From Octopus vulgaris (Eukaryota): DNA of 64,000 bases. The position numbers and the translations under genes were made by a program. Position 1 is the first letter of the stretch; each line of letters begins with the position of its first letter. Shown in pieces: positions 1 to 12,936 of this stretch. The stretch is taken from the NCBI GenBank assembly GCA_951406725.2, contig OX597826.1, positions 47,120,001 to 47,184,000 on the forward strand. Reading direction: 5' to 3'. Under the pieces are notes generated by a model. The model did not search any database. It was not told the origin of the DNA and saw nothing but the letters and a program-made list of their open reading frames with translations.

Positions 1-465
1 TCAACATAATACGTTTTTTTGTGAATGGAGAAAGTTAATAGGTGAAGTTGAGCGCATATGTACAATAAAATCCGTCTCGTTTCATAGCATTGACTCAATC
101 CAATCATAGAATCTCTGAGCGGACCAAGCTTTCTGATGAAATAAAGATAAAGATATGAAAAAATAAAGAAATTTAATAAGGACTATATTCTGTGGTGAAC
201 TCGGTAAGTTATCGGAGATTTTTCGCCCAAACATCAGAAGACATTATTCACCAAAATACGATTTTGGCTTTACAGTAGACGCAAAGAACCTCATTCTTCT
301 AAACACTAAAAGAAAAATCTTGGGAAGAAAGCATATAAGAAATAATGTTTTCTCACATTTTTTTTTTAATTTATTTTTTAGATGTGTGATGAATATATAC
401 GCAAACACATACGAATACATGTATAATTATACATGCACATGTACATACATATATATACTCATATA

Positions 466-513
<48 letters not shown>

Positions 514-558
514 GTATGTATGTATGTATGTATGTATATATACATATATATATACACA

Positions 559-624
<66 letters not shown>

Positions 625-747
625 TATACATAAATACATATACGTATATATAAATATATATATGAATATAAAAGGAGAGTGGGAGAGAGAAATGTATGGA
701 TATACAAATAATATGTCTCTCGGTTAGATAGATAAATAGATAGGTAG

Positions 748-778
<31 letters not shown>

Positions 779-1609
779 GATAGGTACATCTTTATGCTTA
801 TATTTATTTATAAATACATGTACATCTATATATATATATATATGATATATATCATATATATATGCATATATATTTTTTTTCCTTATATATATATATGTAT
901 ATATATATATTGATAAGCACACACGCACACACAAAAAACAAACACAGACACACACATGCACATTTATATGCATATGAGTGCGTGCGTGTGGGTGAGAATG
1001 TGAATGTGTAATATTTCCATTTTACTATCTCATATAGCAAGCTGTTTGGCTGTTGGTTTTTGTTCGCTAGTGTGTTTTCTTTACATATATCTCATTATGT
1101 ACAAAAATATTTTCAATAGAAAGATATATATCTATTCTCCTTAGATTTTTTTTATTTGTTTATTAATTTTTGTTGCTTGATTCCTAAGCAGTAAAGCCAT
1201 TCTACCATTTATTTTTTTTTATTTTATTGGCTGTAAGTGACGATACTACCAAAGTGCCGTCACCAACCAAACTATACACTTCCTGGAGTTCTGCGATCAA
1301 AATTCTCCGTTTAGAACTGCAAAGGATATCATTAATTTCAACGTTACTATTGTCATCAGACAATTCTTCCACGTTAGCATTATCGTTCCAAAAAGGCAGA
1401 AAGACATCTTTTCAAAAGTTCTCTGTTCATATTACAGATATATGGATATACAGACAGCTTTATGAATACACGCATCTCACAGACACAAGCAGGCATACAC
1501 AGATACACAGACACACAAACACACATGTTCACTTGCGCGTGCTGCGACTGAGGCACACGTGTGCATGTCTTGCAATATATATCCACATAAATTTATATAT
1601 ATATATATA

Positions 1610-1745
1610 TTTCTCTCCTTGTTTTTTCTGTGTCCGTTTCTGTAGAAGAGCGTAAAAGCCTTTTTCTATTCCTGAGCGTTATACTAATACATCTGTTTGT
1701 TTTGTACACCACCTGTCTTCGTCTTTTGTTTTTTTCGTAAACTCT

Positions 1746-1750
<5 letters not shown>
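1610..1750 (+). mobile_element. Short interspersed element, family H1 (Penelope pseudo-LTR-like), copy with a deletion in the hammerhead-like core
   Basis: Near-identical to 36911-37063 and to the reverse complement of about 10262-10440 (ctctccttg...ctgtagaagagcgta...ttcctgagcgttatactaatacatctgtttgttttgtacacc...aaactctccc). The segment between the two cgta direct repeats is missing. Flanked by (TA)n. Confidence 0.7.
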
Positions 1751-1817
<67 letters not shown>

Positions 1818-1837
1818 CTATCTATCTTTCTATCTAT

Positions 1838-1884
<47 letters not shown>

Positions 1885-2395
1885 GATATATAGGTATATA
1901 TGTGTGTGTGTGTAAAAAAGGTTGAATTAGATTCGTCCTTTAATTTGGAGGTTCCCAAAAGAAGTTTTCTAATATAGATTCTTCATAGTTAGCTAGTAGC
2001 TTACTGGCATAATATTGCGAATATCAAAATAATACTTGTATATGGAAAGAAATCCCATAAAACTCAACAATATTGATAAAAAATGGAGAAAAGAAGATGT
2101 TAAAATATATAATAGAATTTTAATCAATGCAGACGATCGTTTTGTACAGCGATATAAAAATCAAAGAAAAGTGGACAAAATTGTTCACAAATATCCAGCG
2201 TAGATTAAAATAAAGTATTTCATTAAAGTTTAAACATCACAAGATTTTACTCTGAGTTTCACATGATTTAGCATCTGTCGGATTTTCATTTTTATTTGAT
2301 GACCATTTATGTGAAATTTGAGTAACATTTTCTGAATATTTTCAGTTTCAATTTATCACTCTATGCAACTATATTTGCCTGCGCGTGCGTGTGTA

Positions 2396-3290
2396 TATGT
2401 TGTTCGGGCTAGTGTTGACAGTTGACATAAAAGGAAAAATTAAGCACATTATCCCTTCCAAAAATAAAAGTATTTTAAAAGATCATAAAACATCAATTAC
2501 TGGAAGATAACAGTTTAATCAAGTTAGTTATCCACACTTTTCATCACGGCCTTAAGACGGCACCGGAACCTAACCTGGCGCATCCATTCCTTATTGTGTC
2601 CTTGGGAAGATCTTTGAAACCTCCTTGATCTTTCTTACCAGCTAGGACTAGGTGTTGCAAGCAGAGGGATTTTTTTTTCAACCTCGGCCCCACACAGAAA
2701 TCTGTCGCCATACAATCGGAGGGATTGCGCGGCACGAAATATGCGCTGGTGAAGTCAGAGTAATTCTCCAGCAAATACTTCTGACTTTTACAAGAAGTAG
2801 GGCCGAATCCTGCAGTCACATATATTGCCTTCAAGCAGCAACTTCAAGCAGCCATCCTCTCCAGCCAAACCTCAAACCATATTCAAAGAGGTGGGGCGGC
2901 ATAGCGTTACACTCACTGGAGACACACCGAAAGACCGTCACATGCTGGGGAAACTTGGTTTTCATAATAAGTGAAACACCACACGGTTCGTAGGCAAGAT
3001 GCTTGATCTAAGTTTTGTACAACCGGCCCTAGCAGCAGTTCGTTTCACCTGAGAAAAACCAAATATTCCGTAGCTTGTTCAAAAGTTTCTTTGCCATTGC
3101 AAAGTGGTTTGCTTTGGACTTGGCTCTGTTAGATTTTGCTTCTTGTGCCTCTTGTTCCAGTGTTGGCGAACGTCCTTCTTCAGGGTCAGCTTCCTAATGA
3201 CGTCTTCGACACCCATCTTTCTCGTCAAAACCCTTGTATCTCGGAGTTCAGCAATTGTAGTTATATGGCAGTCTGTATATTTTTTATTCA
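2396..3290 (-). mobile_element. Decayed Tc1/mariner-superfamily transposase remnant, maT/DD37D-like
   Basis: Minus-strand translation across frameshifts gives FFSGE (FFSDE-like), IMKTKFPQHVTVFRCVSSECNAMPPHLFE, QDSAP, SQKYLLENYSDFTSAYFVPRNPSDCMATDF (WPPNSPDxNPxD-like) and FKDLPKDTIRNGCAR. Spacing between the last two acidic residues is about 37 if the frameshift after QDSAP is repaired. The left boundary is approximate. Confidence 0.75.
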
Positions 3291-3389
3291 CTAAAATGCA
3301 TTTCTCTCTCTTTCACTCTCTCTCCCCCTCTCTCTTTCTCTTTCTCTGTTTCTCTATATCATCTATATTTCTATCTATCGACCAATCAG

Positions 3390-3586
<197 letters not shown>

Positions 3587-4594
3587 GTGTTTGTGTGTGT
3601 GTGTGGGGGGGGGGGCTGGGTGTCTATTCACTTCCCATTATTTACTCATATATGTCCATGTATTTCAAATTCATACTTTTTTGTTTTAGCAGCCAGAAAG
3701 TGTCTCGCTCGGCTGAATCTACCCCCTTATTTCCCAAGTCTGACATTGGCGACCTTTGAAGTAAGGTATGCATAAAATAATACCTTTACGATTTATACAT
3801 CCAACAATTACATTAATGTACATTGAAATGCTGATGATTAATCTCAGACTGAGCAGATATTAAATGTTCACATTAAAAACAAAAAAAAACTAAAAAAAAA
3901 TGGAAGCTATATGAAAGCTAACCCATGTGGGTGCTTCAACGTAGCTACTAGTCCTGTAAAAATAGTAGCGATGTCATCCTCAAATCAATTAGTACTGTCT
4001 TAAAATATGACGGATGCGTTGAGTAACGTAGTCTTAGATGCGTTATGCTTCTTAAAGATTATCCAAATTAATAAATATTTTGTTCGTAAGTCAGCTTTCT
4101 AAAATGTTATCTCAGGCGAACCAATAGGTTTTTATTCGTTCACTATGCATTTATAGGTTGTATGTACAACCCTGGGATGAATTTTTCCTTGTCGAAGCCC
4201 GGCAGTTGCTCATGCATGCCAAGTCGTCCTCACCAAGCCACCGACGATTATCCAAGGGAAAGCCAATCGCTTGGACCGATATAGCTTTACAGTAGTATCG
4301 TTGTGTCATGTGAATGAACATACGTAGTTAAATGTTCGTTATATTCTATTTCTTTAACAACACTTTCTCCAACCTGGTCACAGGCATCCAGTATGTGTCT
4401 ATACATGTGCCTATGGAAAGGAGCATATGTGTATATGTGTATACGTGAGTGTGCCTGCACATGTGTGTTTAGCTGGAGCGATTAAATGAAATACATTCAG
4501 GTTTTATATGTGGAGCTATATGGGTGTTTCTTTGAGGGAACATACTTATATAGGAAAGAATATATATGTATATACATGCATGTTTGCACACACA

Positions 4595-4667
<73 letters not shown>

Positions 4668-5304
4668 ATGTACATATAAAAATATGGGAAAAAGGGAAAT
4701 GGAAATCACGAGACTCTTTATTATTCACCACAATCGTGATTCCATTTTCTGTCTCTCATATTTTTAGAAACTCTACGAACACAAAGGAATTCTTGATGCC
4801 AACACAGTGGCATTTAACAACATTACTATTGATGGCACCAGGTAGCCAAATACGGTGAACGGGCTTTACATGGCACACGTGTGTATGCGTGTGTGTGTAT
4901 TTGTATGTGTATGCGTTTTTCACTTCCGCCGCTTGACAACAGGTTCATTGAAGTTCCCGTGAGTTGAGTTTGACCAGGAGGCTAAAAGATTGAGTAGCAG
5001 TCTTTGGTGTTGATTGTTCCATTAAAACTCGTCAAGAGGGTGCCCCAGTATGGCCGCAGTCCAATGATTTCAATTGATAAAGAATAGGAAAATAATATAT
5101 ATCTATGATTGTGCGTTCATATATGTGTATATGGATGTGTGTGTATAAATATATATATCAAGATTAATCAGCCGAAATTGCGAGGATGATCCGGTTCTTG
5201 ATTGAAGATTAAAGGCTTCAAATAACCCGTCCGTTTTTTGTGTCATCTATTTGAGTGTTTTGCGTTCTTGTCCTATTTTGTATTTTTATATATATTTTTT
5301 ATAC

Positions 5305-5356
<52 letters not shown>

Positions 5357-5418
5357 ATATGGATATAGATCTATATGTGATTGTATGCATATGTGTATAT
5401 ATATATGTATAGGTATAC

Positions 5419-5646
5419 CTTTTATGTTTTACTTGTTTCAGTCATTAGTCTGTGGTCATGCTAGGGAACCCCCTTGATGGATCCTTAATCGAATGTATCG
5501 ATCCAAGTACGTATCTCTTTTAAAAGCCTAGTACTTATTCTTTCGATCTTTTTTGTCGAAGCGCTAGTGTTACGAGGACATAAACCCGCGTTTACCGGAT
5601 GTCAAGCGGCGTTGTGTGAGCGACAAACACAAACACAGATAACAAA

Positions 5647-5714
<68 letters not shown>

Positions 5715-5876
5715 AGGGCTTCTTTCAGTTTCAGTCTACGAAATCCACCCAAAAGGCTATGATCAACCCGAGGCTATAGTAGAAAACAGTTTCCCAAAGT
5801 GCTGCGCAGTGGGACTGAGTCCCGATCCATATGGCTGGGAAGCAAACTTCTTACCACACAGCCACGCCAGCGCCTA
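5419..5876 (-). mobile_element. tRNA-type SINE, family C (internal TA/TG microsatellite, LINE-like 3' tail)
   Basis: The minus strand begins TAGGCGCTGGCGTGGCTGTGTGGTAAG (A-box-like), has a degenerate B-box, an internal (TA)n(TG)n tract and a tail ending ...GACTGAAACAAGTAAAA. Collinear with 19317-19752 and 34823-35133. Confidence 0.85.
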
Positions 5877-5974
5877 TATATAAGATGTATATGTATATGT
5901 ATATATATATATTTGTATATATATATATATATGTATATGTATATATATATATTTGTATATATATATATATATAT

Positions 5975-7570
5975 GTCCTACTAGCCATAGATGAAGTGGA
6001 CATAAACTCAGCTGCTGGTCCAGATGGTTTCCCAGCCATCCTCCTCAAAGTGTGTAAGCATGCCCTGGCAAAACCACTCAAGATTCTCTTCCAGAGCTTT
6101 CTTGCGAATGGCAAACTGCCAAGTAAGCTGAAGGAGGGAATAATATGCCCAATACATAAAAGGGGAAATAGAGCAGATGCCAAAAACTGTAGGCCTATCT
6201 CTCTGACTTCACACATCAGCAAAGTCATGGAACGGATAGTCAGAAAGAAACTAATCGCATTCCTTGAGGAAAATAACTTGCTGAGTAATACCCAGCATGG
6301 TTTTCGACCAGGTAGGAGCTGCCTGACCCAGCTCTTACAACATTATGACTGGGTGTTGAGGCAGTTACTCAATAAATCAAATGTGGACGTAATCTACCTT
6401 GATTTTGCAAAAGCTTTTGACAAAGTGGATCATGGTATGATATGCCACAAACTGCGTGACCTCGGCATAGCTGGAAAACTTGGAGTATGGTTACATGACT
6501 TCCTGAAAGATAGGAGTCAGGCAGTAGTGGTTAATGGAGCCACCTCTATGAACATACAAATAGTGAGCGGTGTTCCACAGGGCACTGTCTTGGGACCACT
6601 GCATTTTATAGTGGCCCTCTCAGATATGCCCTCAAATGCCCGGATAGCCACTCTGGCAAGCTATGCAGACGATACGAAAGTCTCGCAGAAAATACAGAAC
6701 CCCAGCGACGTTGCACACCTGCAGCAGGAGTTGGACTCAATCTACAGATGGGATGAGGATAATAATATGCAGTTTAATGCTGAAAAATTCCAGGCCCTGC
6801 GCTACCAGCATCCAAAACTAAGTATTAAACTTACAGGATACACCGGTCCACTGGGAATTTCAATCCCAGAGCCTAAGTCTGTGAGGGACCTGGGTATCGA
6901 CATGAGTGATGATACCTCTTTCCAAGTGCACATTACCAGGATGGCGACAAAGTGCAGACGACAGGCTGGATGGATCCTAAGAACATTCAGAACCAGAGAT
7001 GAGGAAACCATGATGGTCCTCTTGCGGACATTCGTCCTCAGCCGCCTGGATTACTGCTCACAGCTATGGTCACTCACCAGTGTAAAATTAACAGCGGACC
7101 TTGAAGCAATCCAGAGAAGATTCACAAAGAAGATTGTCTCTTTGCAACAGTTCAGCTACTGGGAAAGGTTGAAACAGCTAAGACTCTACTCCCTAGAGAG
7201 AAGACGGGAGAGGTATGCAGTAATATATGTCTGGAAGACCCTGGAAGGAATTGTGCCAAATTTTGGCATTGTAAGCTACACCAATGCTAGAACGGGACGA
7301 CACTGTATAGTGCCAAAGATCCCAGCAATGCTATCACGCTTCAGGATCAGCTTCTGCAACAGCCTGGGTTTCAAGGGCTCACAGCTTTTTATCCCAAAGT
7401 GTCTGAGGAACTTGAACAAGGTAGATGTAGCGGTTTTTAAATCTAAGCTGGACATCTTCCTGTCGAGAGTCCCAAATGAACCTACCTCACGGAAAGAGGT
7501 GCAAATGAGAGTAGCTATATCAAACTCCATTCTTCACCAAGTGCCATATATTAGAGGAGGTTCTTCGTAA
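5975..7570 (+). CDS. Reverse transcriptase, partial LINE ORF2 (about 530 codons, no internal stop, no endonuclease domain)
   Basis: Motifs [76 protein letters not shown]. The first ~48 aa of the 5831..7570 track ORF are SINE and microsatellite read-through. Confidence 0.9.
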   Translation, partial: VLLAIDEVDINSAAGPDGFPAILLKVCKHALAKPLKILFQSFLANGKLPSKLKEGIICPIHKRGNRADAKNCRPISLTSHISKVMERIVRKKLIAFLEENNLLSNTQHGFRPGRSCLTQLLQHYDWVLRQLLNKSNVDVIYLDFAKAFDKVDHGMICHKLRDLGIAGKLGVWLHDFLKDRSQAVVVNGATSMNIQIVSGVPQGTVLGPLHFIVALSDMPSNARIATLASYADDTKVSQKIQNPSDVAHLQQELDSIYRWDEDNNMQFNAEKFQALRYQHPKLSIKLTGYTGPLGISIPEPKSVRDLGIDMSDDTSFQVHITRMATKCRRQAGWILRTFRTRDEETMMVLLRTFVLSRLDYCSQLWSLTSVKLTADLEAIQRRFTKKIVSLQQFSYWERLKQLRLYSLERRRERYAVIYVWKTLEGIVPNFGIVSYTNARTGRHCIVPKIPAMLSRFRISFCNSLGFKGSQLFIPKCLRNLNKVDVAVFKSKLDIFLSRVPNEPTSRKEVQMRVAISNSILHQVPYIRGGSS

Positions 7571-7630
7571 TAACAGTGTAGCACAAAACGGCGGGGCATC
7601 AGCATGGCCGCAGCTCTGTGCTGAAAAAAA
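5975..7630 (+). mobile_element. 5'-truncated CR1/L2-group non-LTR retrotransposon (RT domain, C-terminus and 3' tail)
   Basis: Starts abruptly after a (TA)n tract. Open frame to TAA at 7570, then a short 3' UTR with a stem-loop and an A8 tail running into (TA)/(GA)/(TAGA) repeats. Confidence 0.92.
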
Positions 7631-7720
7631 ATATATATAGAGAGAGATAGAATGATATATATATATAGATATATATATATAGAGAGAGAGATAGATAGAT
7701 ATATATATAGACAGACAGAC

Positions 7721-7793
<73 letters not shown>

Positions 7794-8682
7794 TAAATAT
7801 ATTCACACGGTAACCACAGTAAAGGCAGACCATATATACAAATATTAAATGGAGCCAAAATACAAAACTTAACTTTGGTTTTATTTGGGACTTTTGCTTT
7901 CCCAATATGAAATTAAGAAACACAGAATTTACATATGACGACAGAATGTTGGCTTGGTGATGTGAGGATTTTAATATATAAAATATATTCACACAGGTGG
8001 CTTCAAGACCGAAAGAATTCTAGCATTAATTCAAAGACACTAATTAGTTAGTGTAGACTTTTACGTTATTGAGACCATTTTCAATTGTTGTCAAGTCTAT
8101 ATACAAAAGATTTTTTTTATTCGATAAATCCACGCCATTCTATTTCTGTACTTGTGGGGGGTATTATTTTATTTGTTAGTTACTGGCTTCCAGAGAGATT
8201 TCTAAGCTTTCTTTCTCGGAAGAATAGCCATTATTATAAATAAAAGCTGATTTACATAAATATACAATTACGTCTGTCCAAGGGCTGACAACATTTCCCA
8301 CCCAAACACAACTATAAAAATTTGTGTGTGAATGCAGTGTGTCGTTAGTATATATGAAAAAAAAATGTTGAAAAGAATAAACAGAGATGCTAGGGAGAGA
8401 AATTAGCGCCAAAAAAATAACATTACTAAAAAAATCCAAAAATTTAAGGAACAACGACAACACCACCAATAATAATAATAATAATAATGTGATAATAGAA
8501 GGTAAGAGAAAATGAAAAATTGTGTATATATATATGTGTGTGTGCGTGTTTATACGTATATGTGTGCGTGTATGTGCGACTCCTCTCTCTATATACATAA
8601 TATATATACATGTATATATACATATATATATGTATGTGTATAAATATATATACATATATATATATATACATATATATACACA

Positions 8683-8745
<63 letters not shown>

Positions 8746-8909
8746 GTATATGGATACGTATATGTCTATCGGATAAATGAAAGGATGACAGACTGGCGAA
8801 GTTGAAAGACTTTCAGATAAAGGAAAGAAGATCAGTGTGATGTGTGCAACTGAATGAAAACCGAATGACTGAATTAATAAAAAAATAAAAAAATAACAGT
8901 AAATATACG

Positions 8910-8970
<61 letters not shown>

Positions 8971-9067
8971 ACATATATCTATATATATATATATGTATGT
9001 ATATATATTTGTTTATGTATGTATACATGTTTATATATGTATGTATATATGTGTATATGTATGTATT

Positions 9068-9148
<81 letters not shown>

Positions 9149-9404
9149 GTGTGTGTATGGGGGGATGGATGTTTATACGTATCTACAGGAGTGTGAGAAA
9201 AACATGACAAGACTGTGCTGAGATAGATTCATTGTAAGTAAAACTGGTACACACTGTTTTGTTTTTTCTATGGATGTCATATATTTCATGTATGGATGCA
9301 GTTATACATACATACATAGGTACGCACATATATTTATTTATGAGTATATTTGTATACATACCTAAAGGTATCTATCTATCTGTGTATGTATGTATGTATG
9401 TATG

Positions 9405-9439
<35 letters not shown>

Positions 9440-9490
9440 GTATATATGAATATATATATATATGTAGTAGTATGTATGTATGTATGTATG

Positions 9491-9521
<31 letters not shown>

Positions 9522-9534
9522 GATATATATATAC

Positions 9535-9598
<64 letters not shown>

Positions 9599-10213
9599 CT
9601 TGAACAACATATTAATTTATGTTAACATGAATGCAAGTTTCTGCTTCTGCCCTCTGCTCCCATCTTCTCCCTCATCTTACCTCCTCTTTCCCTCATTCTT
9701 TTTTCACTCACTCCTCCCCTGCCGCTAATAATCTTTATATCGTAGCGTATTCCCCCTACCTCCCAGGCAGTCTTTTACCCTTCACACAATATTTCATTTT
9801 TCTCTTGCACATAAATATATTTGTATGACTGTTACCATTCAGAACTTCTCATTATGTCTATCTATCTATGCCTCTCTCTCTCACTCTTACTATATATATA
9901 TATTCATAAACATACACACACATATAAAAAACAAGCGTGTATGTTTGTATGAGCCCACGATTTGAGCACGAGAACAGTTTCTCTATATTCACGTAATCGC
10001 TGCTGTGTTATGAAGATTGAGCATTCTTCTTTTAAGTATAGAAAGAACAAACTTTGCAGACTACTCATGCAATCTACTATGAGTAGCCAAAGGCTCTATC
10101 TACGTACGTATTTGAAATCAATCACATTTTAAAAAATATATCTTTTCTGAGCAATCTAGCTAAATATATGTATGTGTGTGTGTGTGATATGTGAGTGTAT
10201 GTGTTTACGTATG

Positions 10214-10257
<44 letters not shown>

Positions 10258-10261
10258 CCTG

Positions 10262-10440
10262 TATATATATATTGGGAGAATTCACAACAGAACAAAAAAC
10301 AAACGACGAAGACAGGTTGTTTAGATAACAAACATATGTATTAGTATAACGCTCGGGAAGTGAAAAAGTGTTTAACGTTTCGAGCCTACGCTCTTCCGCA
10401 GAAAGGAACACAGGTAGAAACAAGGAGAGAAAATAAAGAA
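10262..10440 (-). mobile_element. Short element, family H1, with hammerhead-like core
   Basis: Reverse complement reads ...gttcctttCTGCGGAAGAGCGTAGGCTCGAAACGTTaaacac...cccgagcgttatactaatacat; homologous to 36911-37063. Confidence 0.75.
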
Positions 10441-10489
10441 TGTGTAGTGTCTTAATAAGTTTGGTTAACAACTAGGAAACAAGCAAAGA

Positions 10490-11270
10490 AACTTCCCTGA
10501 AAAAAATTTTCAACATTGCACATGTAGATGGAAAAGTAGCAACCATCGATTACATCGATATAATAGAGGAAGGCATAATGTCGTCCACTGATGAGATGAA
10601 TTCAAACTCAGCAACGAGCTCTGATGGTTTTCCATTTGCTCTTTTAAAGCTATGCAAGAAAGCTATCCAAAACAACTGCAGATACTTTTGTAAAGATTCT
10701 TTGCCCGTGGAAAACTTCCCAATCTGTTAAAAGACAGTATCATATACCCCGTCAATAAATGAGAAAGCAGAGCAGAGGCTAAAAATTACAGGCATATCTC
10801 TCTGACTTTAGGTGTTAGCAAGGTCATGGAACGCATTGTTAGAAGGAGGCTGATCACGTTTTTGGAGGTGAACTAACGAAGAAAATACCACTCAAACACA
10901 CAACATAGTTTCGTTTTGTATGGGAGCTGTTTAACATAACTATTACCGAATTATAACTGAATATTAAAACTGCTGTTTGAACCACTCAAATGTGATATAT
11001 CTCGACGTTGCCAAGTCTATTGACGCAGTTGATCATGAGATGATATGTCATAAACTGCGTAACCTAAGTATAATCGGAAGACTGTCTGACTTTCTAAAAG
11101 AATAGTTGAAGAATGTGATCCAGACGACTAGGGACGAAAGTTCTCCATACGCGTAGCATAGTATCTTTTGGCTGGTTCTAGATGATCCCGAAATCTGTCA
11201 GCTACACGAATAAGCCTTGGAATGTTGCATCATTACTCAGACAGTTGCAGCCAATGGTGCTCTCTCTCTT
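10490..11270 (+). pseudogene. Decayed copy of the CR1/L2-group LINE RT region (frameshifts, stops, an internal insertion)
   Basis: Aligns by eye with 5985-6550, e.g. gatgagatgaattcaaactcagcaacgagctctgatggttttcca vs gatgaagtggacataaactcagctgctggtccagatggtttccca, and gttgatcatgagatgatatgtcataaactgcgt vs gtggatcatggtatgatatgccacaaactgcgt. Confidence 0.8.
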
Positions 11271-11780
11271 GGGAGGCGTAAATTAACAACGGACTCCCTT
11301 ATAGTGATGTCGCGGCTATCCATTTTTGATGATAACGTTGGCCTAACGACGCCCTATAATTTAGTCAGTATGAGAGAGAAGTCACTGTATCTGCTCATAA
11401 TAAGAGGATAGAATTCATGAGACGCTTGTAATAAGTCATAACTTTTATTAATGGAGGTAATGCGTTGATATACAAGGTTAATAGAAGGATGCTTATAATA
11501 TTCCATGAATATGTTCTGCTTGCAGTCATATGTCTCCAAGTAAGAAATGTGAACGAGTACGGAGTGGGCGTGAAGTGCGGTGGCTCGATCCAGCATATAT
11601 TGAACAACCAGCAGGTACTGAATGGCGCAAATTTATAATTTATTTCCTTTATATAGGGATGGATCGGAAGTCACCGACTTCCACGTAAAACTGGAAGCTT
11701 CCAAAAGAATCTCGAGCATTCTAGAAGCTCAAGGGAGATTACTCTCGTTACATCCCTTTTCCGTTTTGCTTGTCGTCGCA

Positions 11781-11965
11781 AGTGGAGGCGTGTTACTTCG
11801 TGGTTAGGGTGTCAGCATCATGATCGTAAGATTGTGGCTTCGATTCCTTCCTTTCACGTTGCTCCAGTCCACTCAGCTGGCAAAAATGAGTAACGTTGCG
11901 ATGGGCTGGCGTCCCGTCCAGCTGGGGAAAACATACGCTAGGCTTTAAAAGGGCGCATTTACTTT
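11781..11965 (+). mobile_element. tRNA-type SINE, family A-related, internally deleted
   Basis: Head gtggaggcgtg...gtggttagggtg...gattgtggcttcgattcct resembles the 28228-28609 head. Followed by tttcacgttgctccagtccactcagctggcaaaaatgagta, partly shared with 30465-30750 and 48323-48580. Confidence 0.65.
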
Positions 11966-12004
11966 TTATCTTTATTTGTCGTCGTAACCGCCAGGAGTCA
12001 CTAC

Positions 12005-12330
12005 ACCTTCAAGAAAGTGTACTGGGATAAGGATCCGACAATGTAACATCTCGAATTTCAGGGTCCCATAACTATTCATCATTCTACCAAACAACCTGAG
12101 ATTTGCAAGGTGTGGATGTGTAAGTCTTCAAAAACTGTCTGCACAAAGTTTTAGCTGAAATACCAGATGAACCCAGATTTCGTCAGGAGGCACAAAGAAC
12201 GTCTCCGTCCAACTCCTTACGTCACCCCAAAACAGTAGAGAAGAAACCAACGTACAGAAAGGCAGTGCTCCGGCACTAAAAGGCAGTGCCTCAACCTCTG
12301 GTTGAAACCAGAAAAGTTAAAAGATAAAAT
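12005..12330 (+). pseudogene. Decayed 3' end of the CR1/L2-group LINE
   Basis: tttcagggtcccataactattc...gaaataccagatgaaccc...tccaactccttacgtcacc parallels 7369-7540 (FKGxQLF...VPNEP...SNSILHQ); an A-rich tail follows. Confidence 0.65.
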
Positions 12331-12350
12331 GTAAGTATATATACATATAT

Positions 12351-12399
<49 letters not shown>

Positions 12400-12400
12400 A

Positions 12401-12438
<38 letters not shown>

Positions 12439-12471
12439 CCATATATACTTTCTGGATATATATATATATAT

Positions 12472-12699
12472 GGGGTGATTATAATCAAAATAAGCAACAA
12501 GGATATCCAAAAGTAGTGTAGTACAAACGTTTCATGCTACTTCATTTAATTAAACAATGTAAGTATTACATCAGTTTTAAAATCTAGAGCAATCTTCAGC
12601 CACATATGGAATTTTAAAATTAAATTGACAATGTTCATTTTTATGCTTATTCCATTTGCCAACATTACTTTAACTTAAGTACCATATTCGTCTGAATCT
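12472..12699 (-). mobile_element. Short element, family H2 (Penelope pseudo-LTR-like), CTGAAGA...GAAAC core
   Basis: Homologous to 39726-39981 (aatcaaaataagcaacaaggatat...gtttca...gagcaatcttcagc...aacttaagtaccatattcgtctgaatct). Both copies are flanked by TA-rich microsatellite. Confidence 0.7.
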
Positions 12700-12713
12700 A
12701 AATTTTTGCTGAA

Positions 12714-12755
<42 letters not shown>

Positions 12756-12769
12756 TGTAAGTAATGTTG

Positions 12770-12829
<60 letters not shown>

Positions 12830-12900
12830 TGGGAGATTCATACATATATATTTACATATATACGTACATACGTACATACATACACACATACATACATACA

Positions 12901-12936
<36 letters not shown>

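Noticed and set aside
133-165. CTGATGA...GAAA near the window start
   Set aside because: No helix II can form between the motifs; a chance match in A-rich sequence.
320-1040. Overlapping ORFs rich in YI/IY, CV, HT and LSIY repeats, here and throughout the window
   Set aside because: They are translations of (TA)n, (TG)n and (TCTA)n microsatellites, which lack stop codons; there is no protein-like complexity.
5160-5300. Possible additional hammerhead-like repeat (ttgaagattaaaggcttcaaata)
   Set aside because: Both core boxes are degenerate and there is no second copy in the window to support it.
5831-5974. N-terminal extension of the 579-aa ORF as a real start or fusion
   Set aside because: The ATG lies in the antisense strand of a SINE head and the frame runs through a (TA)n tract, so the read-through is fortuitous.
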